Shown here: piece by piece, positions 24,526 to 32,000 of the stretch
Numbering within the stretch: position 1 is the first letter of the stretch
How the letters are laid out: each line of letters opens with the position of its first letter
Notes under the pieces: generated by a model
Seen by the model: only the letters and a program-made list of their open reading frames with translations
What the model was told of the DNA's origin: nothing
Databases searched by the model: none
Translations under genes and position numbers: made by a program
Source: Edaphobacter aggregans
Lineage (GTDB): Bacteria; Acidobacteriota; Terriglobia; Terriglobales; Acidobacteriaceae
NCBI RefSeq assembly: GCF_003945235.1
Contig: NZ_RSDW01000001.1
Location: forward strand, 300,001 to 332,000
Direction: 5' to 3'
DNA: 32,000 nucleotides

Positions 24526-24539
24526 AATTATCGATAATT
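24526..24539. repeat. Perfect 14-bp AT-rich palindrome AATTATCGATAATT, with a second TTATCGAT copy at 24553..24560
   Basis: Self-complementary by inspection. Located about 110-125 nt upstream of the RND start, inside the AT-rich part of the 740-bp intergenic region. Confidence 0.5.
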
Positions 24540-24599
24540 TTGAGTTATCCAGTTATCGATGAAACGCGCCGACTGTTACCCCTTGTTTTCCATAACCCA

Positions 24600-24626
24600 C
24601 TGGTTCGCAATGCGATTACGAACCAG
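24600..24626. promoter_or_regulatory. Inverted repeat CTGGTTCG-N11-CGAACCAG ending 24 nt upstream of the RND start; candidate operator (possibly for the operon-encoded GntR regulator)
   Basis: 8-bp perfect arms by inspection. The arms contain the GT...AC core typical of GntR-family operators, and the spacer contains 11-mer copy 2 (24609..24619). The functional assignment is inference only. Confidence 0.3.
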
Positions 24627-24650
24627 TAAACATGTTCACAAGGAAGTTTT

Positions 24651-27600
24651 ATGTGGATTGTTCGTTTAGCCCTACGGCGCCCGTATACCTTTGTCGTCCT
24701 GTCAATATTATTGCTGATCATGGGGCCTGTAACGATTTTGCGGACCCCAACGGATATCTTTCCCAACATCGATATTCCGGTGGTCAGTGTTGTATGGCAG
24801 TACTCCGGCCTGTCGGCTGAACAGATGTCATCCCGTATTGTGATTCTGACCGAACGGGTGTTGAGCACCACGGTCAACAATATCGAGCATGTCGAATCAC
24901 AGTCCATGACAGGCATCGCTGTCGTGAAGATTTTCTTTCAGCCGCATGTGGACATCAGCACAGCAATCGCCCAGGTTACAGCAGTCTCCCAGACGCAGTT
25001 GAGACAACTGCCAGCAGGAACGACTCCGCCTTTGATTATCGTTTACAACGCGTCCAGCGTGCCGATTCTTCAATTGGCCTTATCGGGAAAGGGGATGTCG
25101 GAGCAGGAACTCAATGACTGGGGGCAAAATTTCCTTCGCCCGCAGTTGATCACGGTCGAAGGTGCGGCTATTCCCTACTCTTATGGCGGCAAGCAGCGTC
25201 AGGTGCAGGTTGACTTGAACACGCAGGCGTTGCAGGCTAAAGGGCTTGCGCCATCCGATGTGACGACAGCGATTGGCAATCAGAACCTGATTCTGCCCTC
25301 GGGCACGACCAAGATGGGGCTGTTCGAATTCAACGTCGAGACTAACGGCAGCCCCGAGGGCATCGACGACCTGAACGAAGTTCCAATCAAGGTGGCCAAC
25401 GGCGCAACAATCTTCGTTCGCGATGTCGCCCATGTGCGCGATGGATTTCCACCCCAGACCAACATAGTCCGATCGGATGGGCAGCGCGGTTCGCTGATGA
25501 CGGTTTTGAAGAACGGAAATACGTCAACGCTCGACATAGTGAAGGGAATCCGTGGGCTCCTGCCGCAAGTGGCTGCGACGCTGCCTGAAGCGCTGAAGAT
25601 CACTCCTATCGCCGACCAATCGATTTTTGTGCGGGCCTCGATCAATGGCGTAGTAAGAGAGGCTATCATTGCCGCCTGCCTTACCGCGATCATGATCCTG
25701 ATCTTCCTGGGAAGCTGGCGGAGCACGATCATTATTGCGGTATCTATCCCGCTGTCGATTCTGTGTTCGATCATCACGTTGAGTGCGCTGGGCGAGACGA
25801 TTAACATCATGACGCTGGGCGGTCTCGCGCTTGCCGTTGGAATTCTGGTCGATGACGCGACTGTTGAGATCGAGAACATCAACCGCAATCTGGAAATGGG
25901 GAAGGAGACCGAGCAAGCCATTCTGGATGGCGCAGCCCAGATCGCGGTGCCGGCCTTTGTCTCAACGCTGAGCATTTGCATTGTGTTTGTACCGATGTTC
26001 TTCCTAAGTGGGGTGGCCAAATACCTCTTTGTTCCGCTAGCGGAGGCCGTGGTATTCGCTATGCTCGCGTCGTACCTGTTGTCGCGAACAATAGTGCCGA
26101 CCATGGCGAAGTATCTACTGCAAGTGCACAACGAACAAGAGGTAGAAAAGAAAAAGGAGAGCCGTAATCCGCTTGTGCGTTTCCAACTCGCCTTCGAACA
26201 CGGCTTTGAAAAGCTGAGAGGCGGATATCACAATCTCCTGAAGGGCGCGGTTGCGCATCCTGTTCTGTTCACGATCTGCTTCTTTGCGGCCTGCCTTGCA
26301 TCCTTTGCTCTGTTCCCGTGGCTTGGGCAGGATTTCTTTCCAGCGGTTGATGGTGGACAGTTCAAGTTACACGTACGCGCACAGACCGGGACCAGAATCG
26401 AGGAAACAGCTCGCTTATGCGACTTGATAGAAAACAGTATTCGCAGGGAGATTCCTGCGAGTGAGTTGTCCAACATTCTGGACAATATCGGCCTGCCTTA
26501 CTCCGGCATCAATACGTCCTACAGCAACTCGGCCGCTATAGGACCCGCCGATGCGGATATCCAGGTGTCTTTGACGGAGAAGCACAGGCCCACGGACGAA
26601 TACGTTCATGCGCTGCGCGGGCGGCTGGCGAGAGAATTTCCCGGGCTGACTTTCTACTTCCTGCCAGCCGATATCGTCAGCCAGATTCTGAACTTCGGTC
26701 TGCCCGCGCCTATCGATATTCAGATTGTCGGCCAGAATGTTGAAGCAAACCGCCAGTACGCCAATAAGTTGTTCAATCAGGTTAAATATGTGCCGGGCAT
26801 GACGGATCTGAGGATCCAGCAGCCGTTCAACTCACCGAAGCTCCAGGTCGATATCGACCGGATCAAATCGCAAGGTGCTGGGTATACAGCGCGCGATGTG
26901 GCGAGCAACCTGCTGATTGCATTGAGCGGAAGCTTTCAAACCGCGCCAACGTTCTGGCTAAATCCGCAAAATGGGGTGAGCTATAACATCTCTGCCCAGA
27001 CTCCACAGTTTAAAACTGATTCGCTCCAGGGCCTTGGCAATATACCGATCAACAATTCGGCTGGCACGCCACCGCAGATTTTGAAAAACCTAGCGTCAAT
27101 CAACCCCGGTCAGGAACAGGCCACGGTATCGCATTTCAACGTGCAGCCGGTGCTGGATATTTATGGATCGGTGCAAGGGCGCGATCTCGGCGGCGTGTCG
27201 AGGGAGATCAACCGGATCCTGGCGGAGACCAAGAATGATCTGCCGCGGGGAACGCGAGTGATTGTTCGCGGACAGGTGCAGACGATGAAGGCATCCTTCG
27301 TGGGCTTGCTGGGCGGACTAGTTTTTTCGATTGTGCTGGTCTATCTCTTGATCGTCATTAACTTTCAATCCTGGATGGATCCGTTCGTTATTATTGCCGC
27401 TCTGCCAGCTGCTCTGGCAGGAATTGTATGGTTCCTCTTTCTTACGCACACCACGCTGAGCGTACCGGCGTTGACAGGCTCGATTATGTGCATGGGGGTA
27501 GCGACAGCAAACAGTATTCTCGTTGTGAGCTTTGCTAAAGAGCAGATGGAAGAAAAGAAGACCGCGACAGAAGCTGCGCTAGAGGCTGGGTTTACGCGTT

Positions 27601-27851
27601 TTCGTCCTGTGCTGATGACGGCGTTGGCGATGATCATAGGCATGGTACCAATGGCGTTGGGACTGGGCGAAGGGGGAGAGCAGAACGCTCCGCTGGGACG
27701 CGCCGTAATTGGCGGATTGCTCTTAGCGACGTTATCCACATTGTTTTTTGTGCCGACCTTTTTCAGTCTTGTTCATGCGAAGGACAAGCCCAAGGTAGTT
27801 GAGTACAATGACGAATTTCGTACTGGTGAATCGGCTGGAGAAATATCATGA
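24651..27851 (+). CDS. Efflux RND transporter permease subunit (AcrB/HAE-type)
   Basis: 1066 aa with a typical opening (RRPYTFVVLSILLLIMGPVTILRTPTDIFPNIDIPVVSVVWQYSGLSAEQM). It has 12-TM architecture with two large periplasmic loops and the conserved TM4 segment LALAVGILVDDATVEIENI. An AAGGAAG SD lies upstream. Confidence 0.93.
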   Translation: MWIVRLALRRPYTFVVLSILLLIMGPVTILRTPTDIFPNIDIPVVSVVWQYSGLSAEQMSSRIVILTERVLSTTVNNIEHVESQSMTGIAVVKIFFQPHVDISTAIAQVTAVSQTQLRQLPAGTTPPLIIVYNASSVPILQLALSGKGMSEQELNDWGQNFLRPQLITVEGAAIPYSYGGKQRQVQVDLNTQALQAKGLAPSDVTTAIGNQNLILPSGTTKMGLFEFNVETNGSPEGIDDLNEVPIKVANGATIFVRDVAHVRDGFPPQTNIVRSDGQRGSLMTVLKNGNTSTLDIVKGIRGLLPQVAATLPEALKITPIADQSIFVRASINGVVREAIIAACLTAIMILIFLGSWRSTIIIAVSIPLSILCSIITLSALGETINIMTLGGLALAVGILVDDATVEIENINRNLEMGKETEQAILDGAAQIAVPAFVSTLSICIVFVPMFFLSGVAKYLFVPLAEAVVFAMLASYLLSRTIVPTMAKYLLQVHNEQEVEKKKESRNPLVRFQLAFEHGFEKLRGGYHNLLKGAVAHPVLFTICFFAACLASFALFPWLGQDFFPAVDGGQFKLHVRAQTGTRIEETARLCDLIENSIRREIPASELSNILDNIGLPYSGINTSYSNSAAIGPADADIQVSLTEKHRPTDEYVHALRGRLAREFPGLTFYFLPADIVSQILNFGLPAPIDIQIVGQNVEANRQYANKLFNQVKYVPGMTDLRIQQPFNSPKLQVDIDRIKSQGAGYTARDVASNLLIALSGSFQTAPTFWLNPQNGVSYNISAQTPQFKTDSLQGLGNIPINNSAGTPPQILKNLASINPGQEQATVSHFNVQPVLDIYGSVQGRDLGGVSREINRILAETKNDLPRGTRVIVRGQVQTMKASFVGLLGGLVFSIVLVYLLIVINFQSWMDPFVIIAALPAALAGIVWFLFLTHTTLSVPALTGSIMCMGVATANSILVVSFAKEQMEEKKTATEAALEAGFTRFRPVLMTALAMIIGMVPMALGLGEGGEQNAPLGRAVIGGLLLATLSTLFFVPTFFSLVHAKDKPKVVEYNDEFRTGESAGEIS

Positions 27852-29122
27852 CGAACAATGCTGCACAGAAAAACTCGAACGGCCGAACAGGTGTCCAGGA
27901 TCCTGCGGCGGTGAACCGGAACCATAGCGAGACGCCGGAAAGCAAGGGTTCACGGATGCGCTATGTAGTGATCCTGATGGTCCTTCTGGTCGTAGTTGCC
28001 ATACTCGTGATTACGGGGATCGTTCCCAGGTTACGTGCGAGTAGGGCTCTGGCTGCAGAGACGAACGCACTGGCTGCACCGACTGTTCTGGTGATTCAAC
28101 CGAAGCCGGGCGCACCTTCGCAGGAGATTGTGCTGCCGGGCAATATCGAGGCCTTTGTCGATTCGCCTATTTTTGCCAGAACAAACGGATATCTGAAACG
28201 CTGGTACTTCGACATTGGTTCCCACGTCAAACAGGGCCAGTTGCTGGCCGAGATCGAATCACCTGAGATCGATCACGAGTTGTCGCAGGCGCTGGCAGAT
28301 CTTGGAACGGCGCAAGCGAACGAACATCTCTCTGAAATTACCGCAAACCGCTTCTCAGATCTGATCAAGCAGGACGCCGTCTCGCAACAGGACACGGATA
28401 ATGCAGTGAACGACCTCGCCGCAAGGAGGACGGCAGTGAAGTCCGCTCAGGCGAATGTAGATAGGCTCAGACAACTAGTAGCCTTTGAAAAAGTTTTCGC
28501 ACCGTTTGATGGTGTCGTGACGGCGCGCAATACGGATATCGGACAGCTGATTGACTCCGGTGCCGCTGGCGGACAAGCCCGCTCTCTGTTCCAGATGGCG
28601 GCTATCAACAGACTGCGTGTGTTCATCAGCGTGCCGCAAATTTATTCGCAGGCAGCTACACCTGGGCTTACCGCAGATTTGATGTTTGCCGAGTTCCCAG
28701 GACGGCGCTTTCCGGGCAAACTGGTGCGGACTTCGAGGGCGATCGATCCTGTCTCTCGAACATTGAATGTTGAAGTAGATGTCGATAATACGAAGGGCGA
28801 GTTGTTTCCCGGCGCTTATGCCGAGGTTCACCTAAAGCTGAAGGACGGCCTAAGATCAACGTTGGTTGTCCCTGTCAGCGCGCTCTTGTTCCGTCGCGAA
28901 GGGCTGAGGATCGCCGTAGCCAAGGGCGACAACACTGCGGAATTGTTGCCGATCACGTTGGGGCGCGACTTCGGAGATGTTGCCGAGGTCACAACCGGAC
29001 TAACGGGAGAGGAACGCGTGATCACTAATCCTCCCGATTCGATCATCGATGGGGAACAGCTTAACGTTCAGGTAGAAAACCAGCAGGCGACTAAAGCGGC
29101 GGGAAGGGCCGGCGGGAAATGA
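27848..29122 (+). CDS. Efflux RND transporter periplasmic adaptor subunit (MFP)
   Basis: 424 aa. Its ATG overlaps the RND stop (ATGA). It has a TM anchor (VVILMVLLVVVAILVITGIV), the lipoyl motif GYLKRWYFDIGSHVKQGQLLAEIESPE, a coiled-coil hairpin and beta-barrel/MP domains. Confidence 0.9.
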   Translation: MTNNAAQKNSNGRTGVQDPAAVNRNHSETPESKGSRMRYVVILMVLLVVVAILVITGIVPRLRASRALAAETNALAAPTVLVIQPKPGAPSQEIVLPGNIEAFVDSPIFARTNGYLKRWYFDIGSHVKQGQLLAEIESPEIDHELSQALADLGTAQANEHLSEITANRFSDLIKQDAVSQQDTDNAVNDLAARRTAVKSAQANVDRLRQLVAFEKVFAPFDGVVTARNTDIGQLIDSGAAGGQARSLFQMAAINRLRVFISVPQIYSQAATPGLTADLMFAEFPGRRFPGKLVRTSRAIDPVSRTLNVEVDVDNTKGELFPGAYAEVHLKLKDGLRSTLVVPVSALLFRREGLRIAVAKGDNTAELLPITLGRDFGDVAEVTTGLTGEERVITNPPDSIIDGEQLNVQVENQQATKAAGRAGGK

Positions 29123-30567
29123 AGCAGCTAGGGAAATTTCACCGCACCGCAGTTGCCGTGGCTTCGGTGGCTTTGGTTGTCTTGAGCGGATGCAGAGTTG
29201 GGCCAAACTACGTTCAACCTACCGTACCGCCAGCACCTCCGGCATTCAAGGAGACGCCGTCCAATTGGAAGCAGGCAACGCCACAGGATCAGTTGCCAAA
29301 AGGTAAGTGGTGGGAGATCTATGGGGATGAGAAGCTCAACTCGCTTGAAGAAAAGATCGCAGTCTCCAACCAGACTCTAAAAGTGTCGTACCACCAATAT
29401 ATGAGCGCGCGTGAGGTCGTCCGGCAAGCTCGTTCACAGTTCTTCCCCGCACTCGCAGTGCAACCATCGGGTTCAAGAAACCAGTTGTCGCAAAACAGGC
29501 CGAACTTCAACACACTGACCCCAAGTCAATATAGCGACATAGCTCTAACGGGCGATATCTCATACGAGGTCGATCTTTGGGGACAAGTGCGTCGAACTGT
29601 TGAGTCGGCCCAGGAAAACGCACAGGCTAGTGCGGGCGATCTTGAGAATGTCAGCCTGAGCCTGCACTCGGAGCTTGCTGTCGATTACTTCTCTCTGCGC
29701 GGCCTGGATCTGCAAAAGCAGTTGCTGGATGCGACGGTCATCGACTTTGAAAAGGCGTTGCAGTTGACCCAGAGGCGCTATCGTGGTGGTGTCGCGTCCG
29801 ATGTGGATGTGGCGCAAGCCGAGACCCAACTGGAAACCACGCGCGCTCAGGCCATCGAGACCGGAGTAGCACGAGCGCAGTTTGAACATGCGATTGCCGT
29901 TTTGACCGGGGAGACAGCTTCTACGTTTTCGATTACACCGTCGCCCCTTGCTGCGACTCCGCCAGAGATTCCCTTGGGGGTGCCCTCGGAACTTCTGGAG
30001 CGGCGACCTGATATCGCTGCGGCAGAGCGCAGGGTCGCCTCTGCCAATGCTCAGATCGGTGTAGCGATTGCGGCTTACTACCCGCAGATATCGCTCTCTG
30101 CGGCTGGCGGATTTGAAAGTGCTGCTATCGGGACGTTGATACAAGGGCCGAGTGCGCTTTGGTCCGTCGGGGGCTCCGCGGTACAAACGGTGCTCGATGG
30201 AGGGCGTCGGCGAGCTGTTACCCAGCAGGCGCGTGACAACCATGAAGCGACCGTCGCGAGTTATCGGGAAAATGTACTCGAGGCCTTTCAACAGGTAGAA
30301 GACAATTTGGCGGCACTACGACTGCTGGAACAAGAGTTAACGACCCAGCAGGTGGCCGTGGCTTCTGCGCGGAGATCGGTCGATTTATCGACGACACGGT
30401 ATAAACGCGGCATCACAACCTATCTTGAAGTGCTCACGGCGCAGAGTACGGCACTCTCGAATGAGCGAACAGCAGCCGACCTGATGACGCGTCGGATGAC
30501 GGCTAGCGTCCAGCTGATCAAGGCACTTGGCGGCGGTTGGGATAGAAGTCAACTTCCAAAGATGTAG
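29119..30567 (+). CDS. Efflux transporter outer-membrane factor lipoprotein, NodT family
   Basis: 482 aa. Its ATG overlaps the MFP stop (ATGA). The lipobox is VVLSGC, followed by the NodT-type opening VGPNYVQPTVPPAPPAFKE...WWEIYGDEKLNSL and the C-terminal LIKALGGGW. Confidence 0.9.
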   Translation: MKQLGKFHRTAVAVASVALVVLSGCRVGPNYVQPTVPPAPPAFKETPSNWKQATPQDQLPKGKWWEIYGDEKLNSLEEKIAVSNQTLKVSYHQYMSAREVVRQARSQFFPALAVQPSGSRNQLSQNRPNFNTLTPSQYSDIALTGDISYEVDLWGQVRRTVESAQENAQASAGDLENVSLSLHSELAVDYFSLRGLDLQKQLLDATVIDFEKALQLTQRRYRGGVASDVDVAQAETQLETTRAQAIETGVARAQFEHAIAVLTGETASTFSITPSPLAATPPEIPLGVPSELLERRPDIAAAERRVASANAQIGVAIAAYYPQISLSAAGGFESAAIGTLIQGPSALWSVGGSAVQTVLDGGRRRAVTQQARDNHEATVASYRENVLEAFQQVEDNLAALRLLEQELTTQQVAVASARRSVDLSTTRYKRGITTYLEVLTAQSTALSNERTAADLMTRRMTASVQLIKALGGGWDRSQLPKM

Positions 30568-30570
30568 ACC

Positions 30571-31311
30571 ATGGTTTCAATGAGTATGCCTAAAACACCT
30601 GCAGCAAAATCGAAACGTGCCTCCAGGGTGACCCCGAATCCGGAGACCTTTCAGGATTCGACGCGGATGACGCACGGCACGACGATCGAGATACATCGGT
30701 CTACGCGTGATCGTATTCGATTAGCTCTGTTGAAAAGGATCTCCGAAGGCACATATCTACCCGGAGAGCGTCTCAAGGAGTTGGCCCTGGCGAATGAATT
30801 TGAGGTGAGTCAGGCACCTGTACGGGAGGCATTTCGCGAGTTGGAAGCGCTTGGTGTGCTGGTTTCAGAGCATTATCGCGGAACACGGGTCAGAGAGATA
30901 TCAACACGAGAAACAAAGGACGTTTATCAACTGCGCGGATACCTGGAGGAGATCGCGGCACAACTCATTCCCTTGTCGAAGCTACAGGAAGAGATGGGTT
31001 CTATTGAGGCACAACAGATGATAATGCGGACGGCTGCACGAAGTGGTGACTTGGATCGCTTTGCCCGCGCCAATGTACAGTTTCATCGAAGTATCGTCGG
31101 CTTAGCGTCGAATCAAATCCTACCGAAGATCTGGGATTCTCTCGAGATCGGGATGCGGTCTCGGCTGAACTTACAGAAGAACGAAGACCGACTGCTCTCC
31201 CTAGCGGAGATTCATCAGCCTATTGTGGATACGTTGAAGCTGGGAGATTTGAAACGAACGGGAGTGCTGTTGCGGGAACACGCATTTTCCTTTTTAGACA
31301 ACCTACCTTAG
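30571..31311 (+). CDS. GntR-family transcriptional regulator, FadR subfamily (FCD ligand domain)
   Basis: 246 aa. The winged-HTH region is PGERLKELALANEFEVSQAPVREAFRELEALGVL, followed by an all-helical FCD-like C-terminal domain. It starts 3 nt after the OMF stop. ATG 30667 (MTHGTT...) would give a more typical N-terminal length. Confidence 0.85.
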   Translation: MVSMSMPKTPAAKSKRASRVTPNPETFQDSTRMTHGTTIEIHRSTRDRIRLALLKRISEGTYLPGERLKELALANEFEVSQAPVREAFRELEALGVLVSEHYRGTRVREISTRETKDVYQLRGYLEEIAAQLIPLSKLQEEMGSIEAQQMIMRTAARSGDLDRFARANVQFHRSIVGLASNQILPKIWDSLEIGMRSRLNLQKNEDRLLSLAEIHQPIVDTLKLGDLKRTGVLLREHAFSFLDNLP

Positions 31312-31340
31312 GGATGTCATCAGACAAGTAAAAAAACTAA

Positions 31341-32000
31341 TTACACCCGAAGCTTGCGAAGATAGGCACGGCTGACCTTGATGCTCGCCACTACCGGACC
31401 ACTGGTCTCGTCCTGATCGAGAAAGGCATATCGAATCCCCTGCGCGCGGGCTTGTGCCAGCAGCGCCGGCCAATCGATCGTGCCTCGTCCCAACTCCGTG
31501 AAGTTCTCTGAGTGTTTATCCATGTCGTAGGTCGTCGGTGCACCTGCAATCCGGTCCTTCATGTGCACCAGGCGCACACGGTCAGGATGGCTCTTCAGCA
31601 CCTCCATCGGATTCTGTCCGGCCTGCGTCAGCCAGTACATATCCAGCTCTAGCTTTACCAGCTTGGGATCTGTATGGTCCATCAATTGACGGAAGCCATT
31701 GCTGCCATCAATTGGCTTAAACTCATAGTCGTGGTTATGGAAGACAAACTCCATGCCGCGCGACCGCGCTCCCTCGCCCACACGGTTGAAGAGCTCGGCG
31801 GCCTTCCGGAAGCCTTCGAGCGAGGTCCATTGATCCTTCGGCAGCATTGGACACACAAAATACTTCAGTCCGAGTTGTTGCGCGAAGTCCAGCTTCTCTT
31901 CGAGACCGACATAGTCGAAGTGCCCTGCCACCGCACCAAGCCCCGCGTCCTGCACCATGCGCCGGAGTTCTGTTGCTGACCGGTTGTATGCGATGGGGTA
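31341..32000 (-). CDS. Sugar phosphate isomerase/epimerase (xylose-isomerase-like TIM barrel), N-terminus beyond window end
   Basis: Track ORF 31341..31958. The frame stays open upstream to the window edge (YPIAYNRSATELRRMVQDAGL...), so the gene is 5'-truncated here. FVFHNHDYEF, LELDMYW and HMKD are typical AP-endonuclease-2/xylose-isomerase-like TIM-barrel motifs. Confidence 0.8.
   Translation of the reverse strand, partial: YPIAYNRSATELRRMVQDAGLGAVAGHFDYVGLEEKLDFAQQLGLKYFVCPMLPKDQWTSLEGFRKAAELFNRVGEGARSRGMEFVFHNHDYEFKPIDGSNGFRQLMDHTDPKLVKLELDMYWLTQAGQNPMEVLKSHPDRVRLVHMKDRIAGAPTTYDMDKHSENFTELGRGTIDWPALLAQARAQGIRYAFLDQDETSGPVVASIKVSRAYLRKLRV

Noticed and set aside
24526-24560. Fur box call for AATTATCGATAATT / TTATCGAT near a TonB-dependent receptor.
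   Set aside because: It contains the Fur hexamers ATTATC and GATAAT, but in the reverse arrangement to the canonical GATAATGATAATCATTATC / 7-1-7 layout. It also lies about 620 bp from the TBDR start, closer to the RND operon. It is reported only as a palindrome.

Overview
This is a bacterial chromosomal window. Gene content suggests Acidobacteriota (Terriglobia-like): a 1252-aa CarboxypepD_reg-type TonB-dependent receptor, hopanoid genes and a DUF507 pair. That taxonomic call is inference only. I support 30 CDS (two truncated by the window edges), 3 tRNAs (tandem tRNA-Glu UUC and CUC, tRNA-Lys CUU), two intrinsic terminators and a few intergenic repeats.

Left to right:
- miaB (5' part), a small ORF and two tRNA-Glu genes.
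- A [2Fe-2S] ferredoxin plus two DUF507 genes.
- An acidic hypothetical protein followed by recJ.
- A HlyD-adaptor / TPR / TolC operon with no inner-membrane pump.
- A hopanoid neighbourhood: hpnJ and two small DMT-like membrane paralogs, convergent with a Zn-ADH-hpnC-hpnD-hpnE operon, which is divergent from mlaE-mlaF.
- Flavin reductase, ftsB-like, a hypothetical protein, bioY, an MqnD-like gene and tRNA-Lys.
- The large TonB-dependent receptor, then a 740-bp AT-rich divergent intergenic region.
- An RND-MFP-OMF-GntR operon, then a truncated sugar-phosphate isomerase.

I found no CRISPR array, IS element, integrase, phage gene, toxin-antitoxin pair or recognisable defence gene. Most of the window is ordinary housekeeping or envelope biology, and I cannot point to a clear-cut novel system.

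The best leads for undescribed biology:
1. The lipid-centred cluster at 8.0-16.5 kb. It has an uncharacterised paired half-transporter behind a terminator after hpnJ, a Zn-dehydrogenase translationally coupled to hpnCDE, and an MlaEF pair that lacks MlaD and whose ATPase has Ser in place of the Walker-B catalytic Glu.
2. The 740-bp TBDR/RND control region, which carries shared sequence modules next to both start codons.

All functional calls rest on my reading of the translated ORFs and remembered family motifs. No database search was run.
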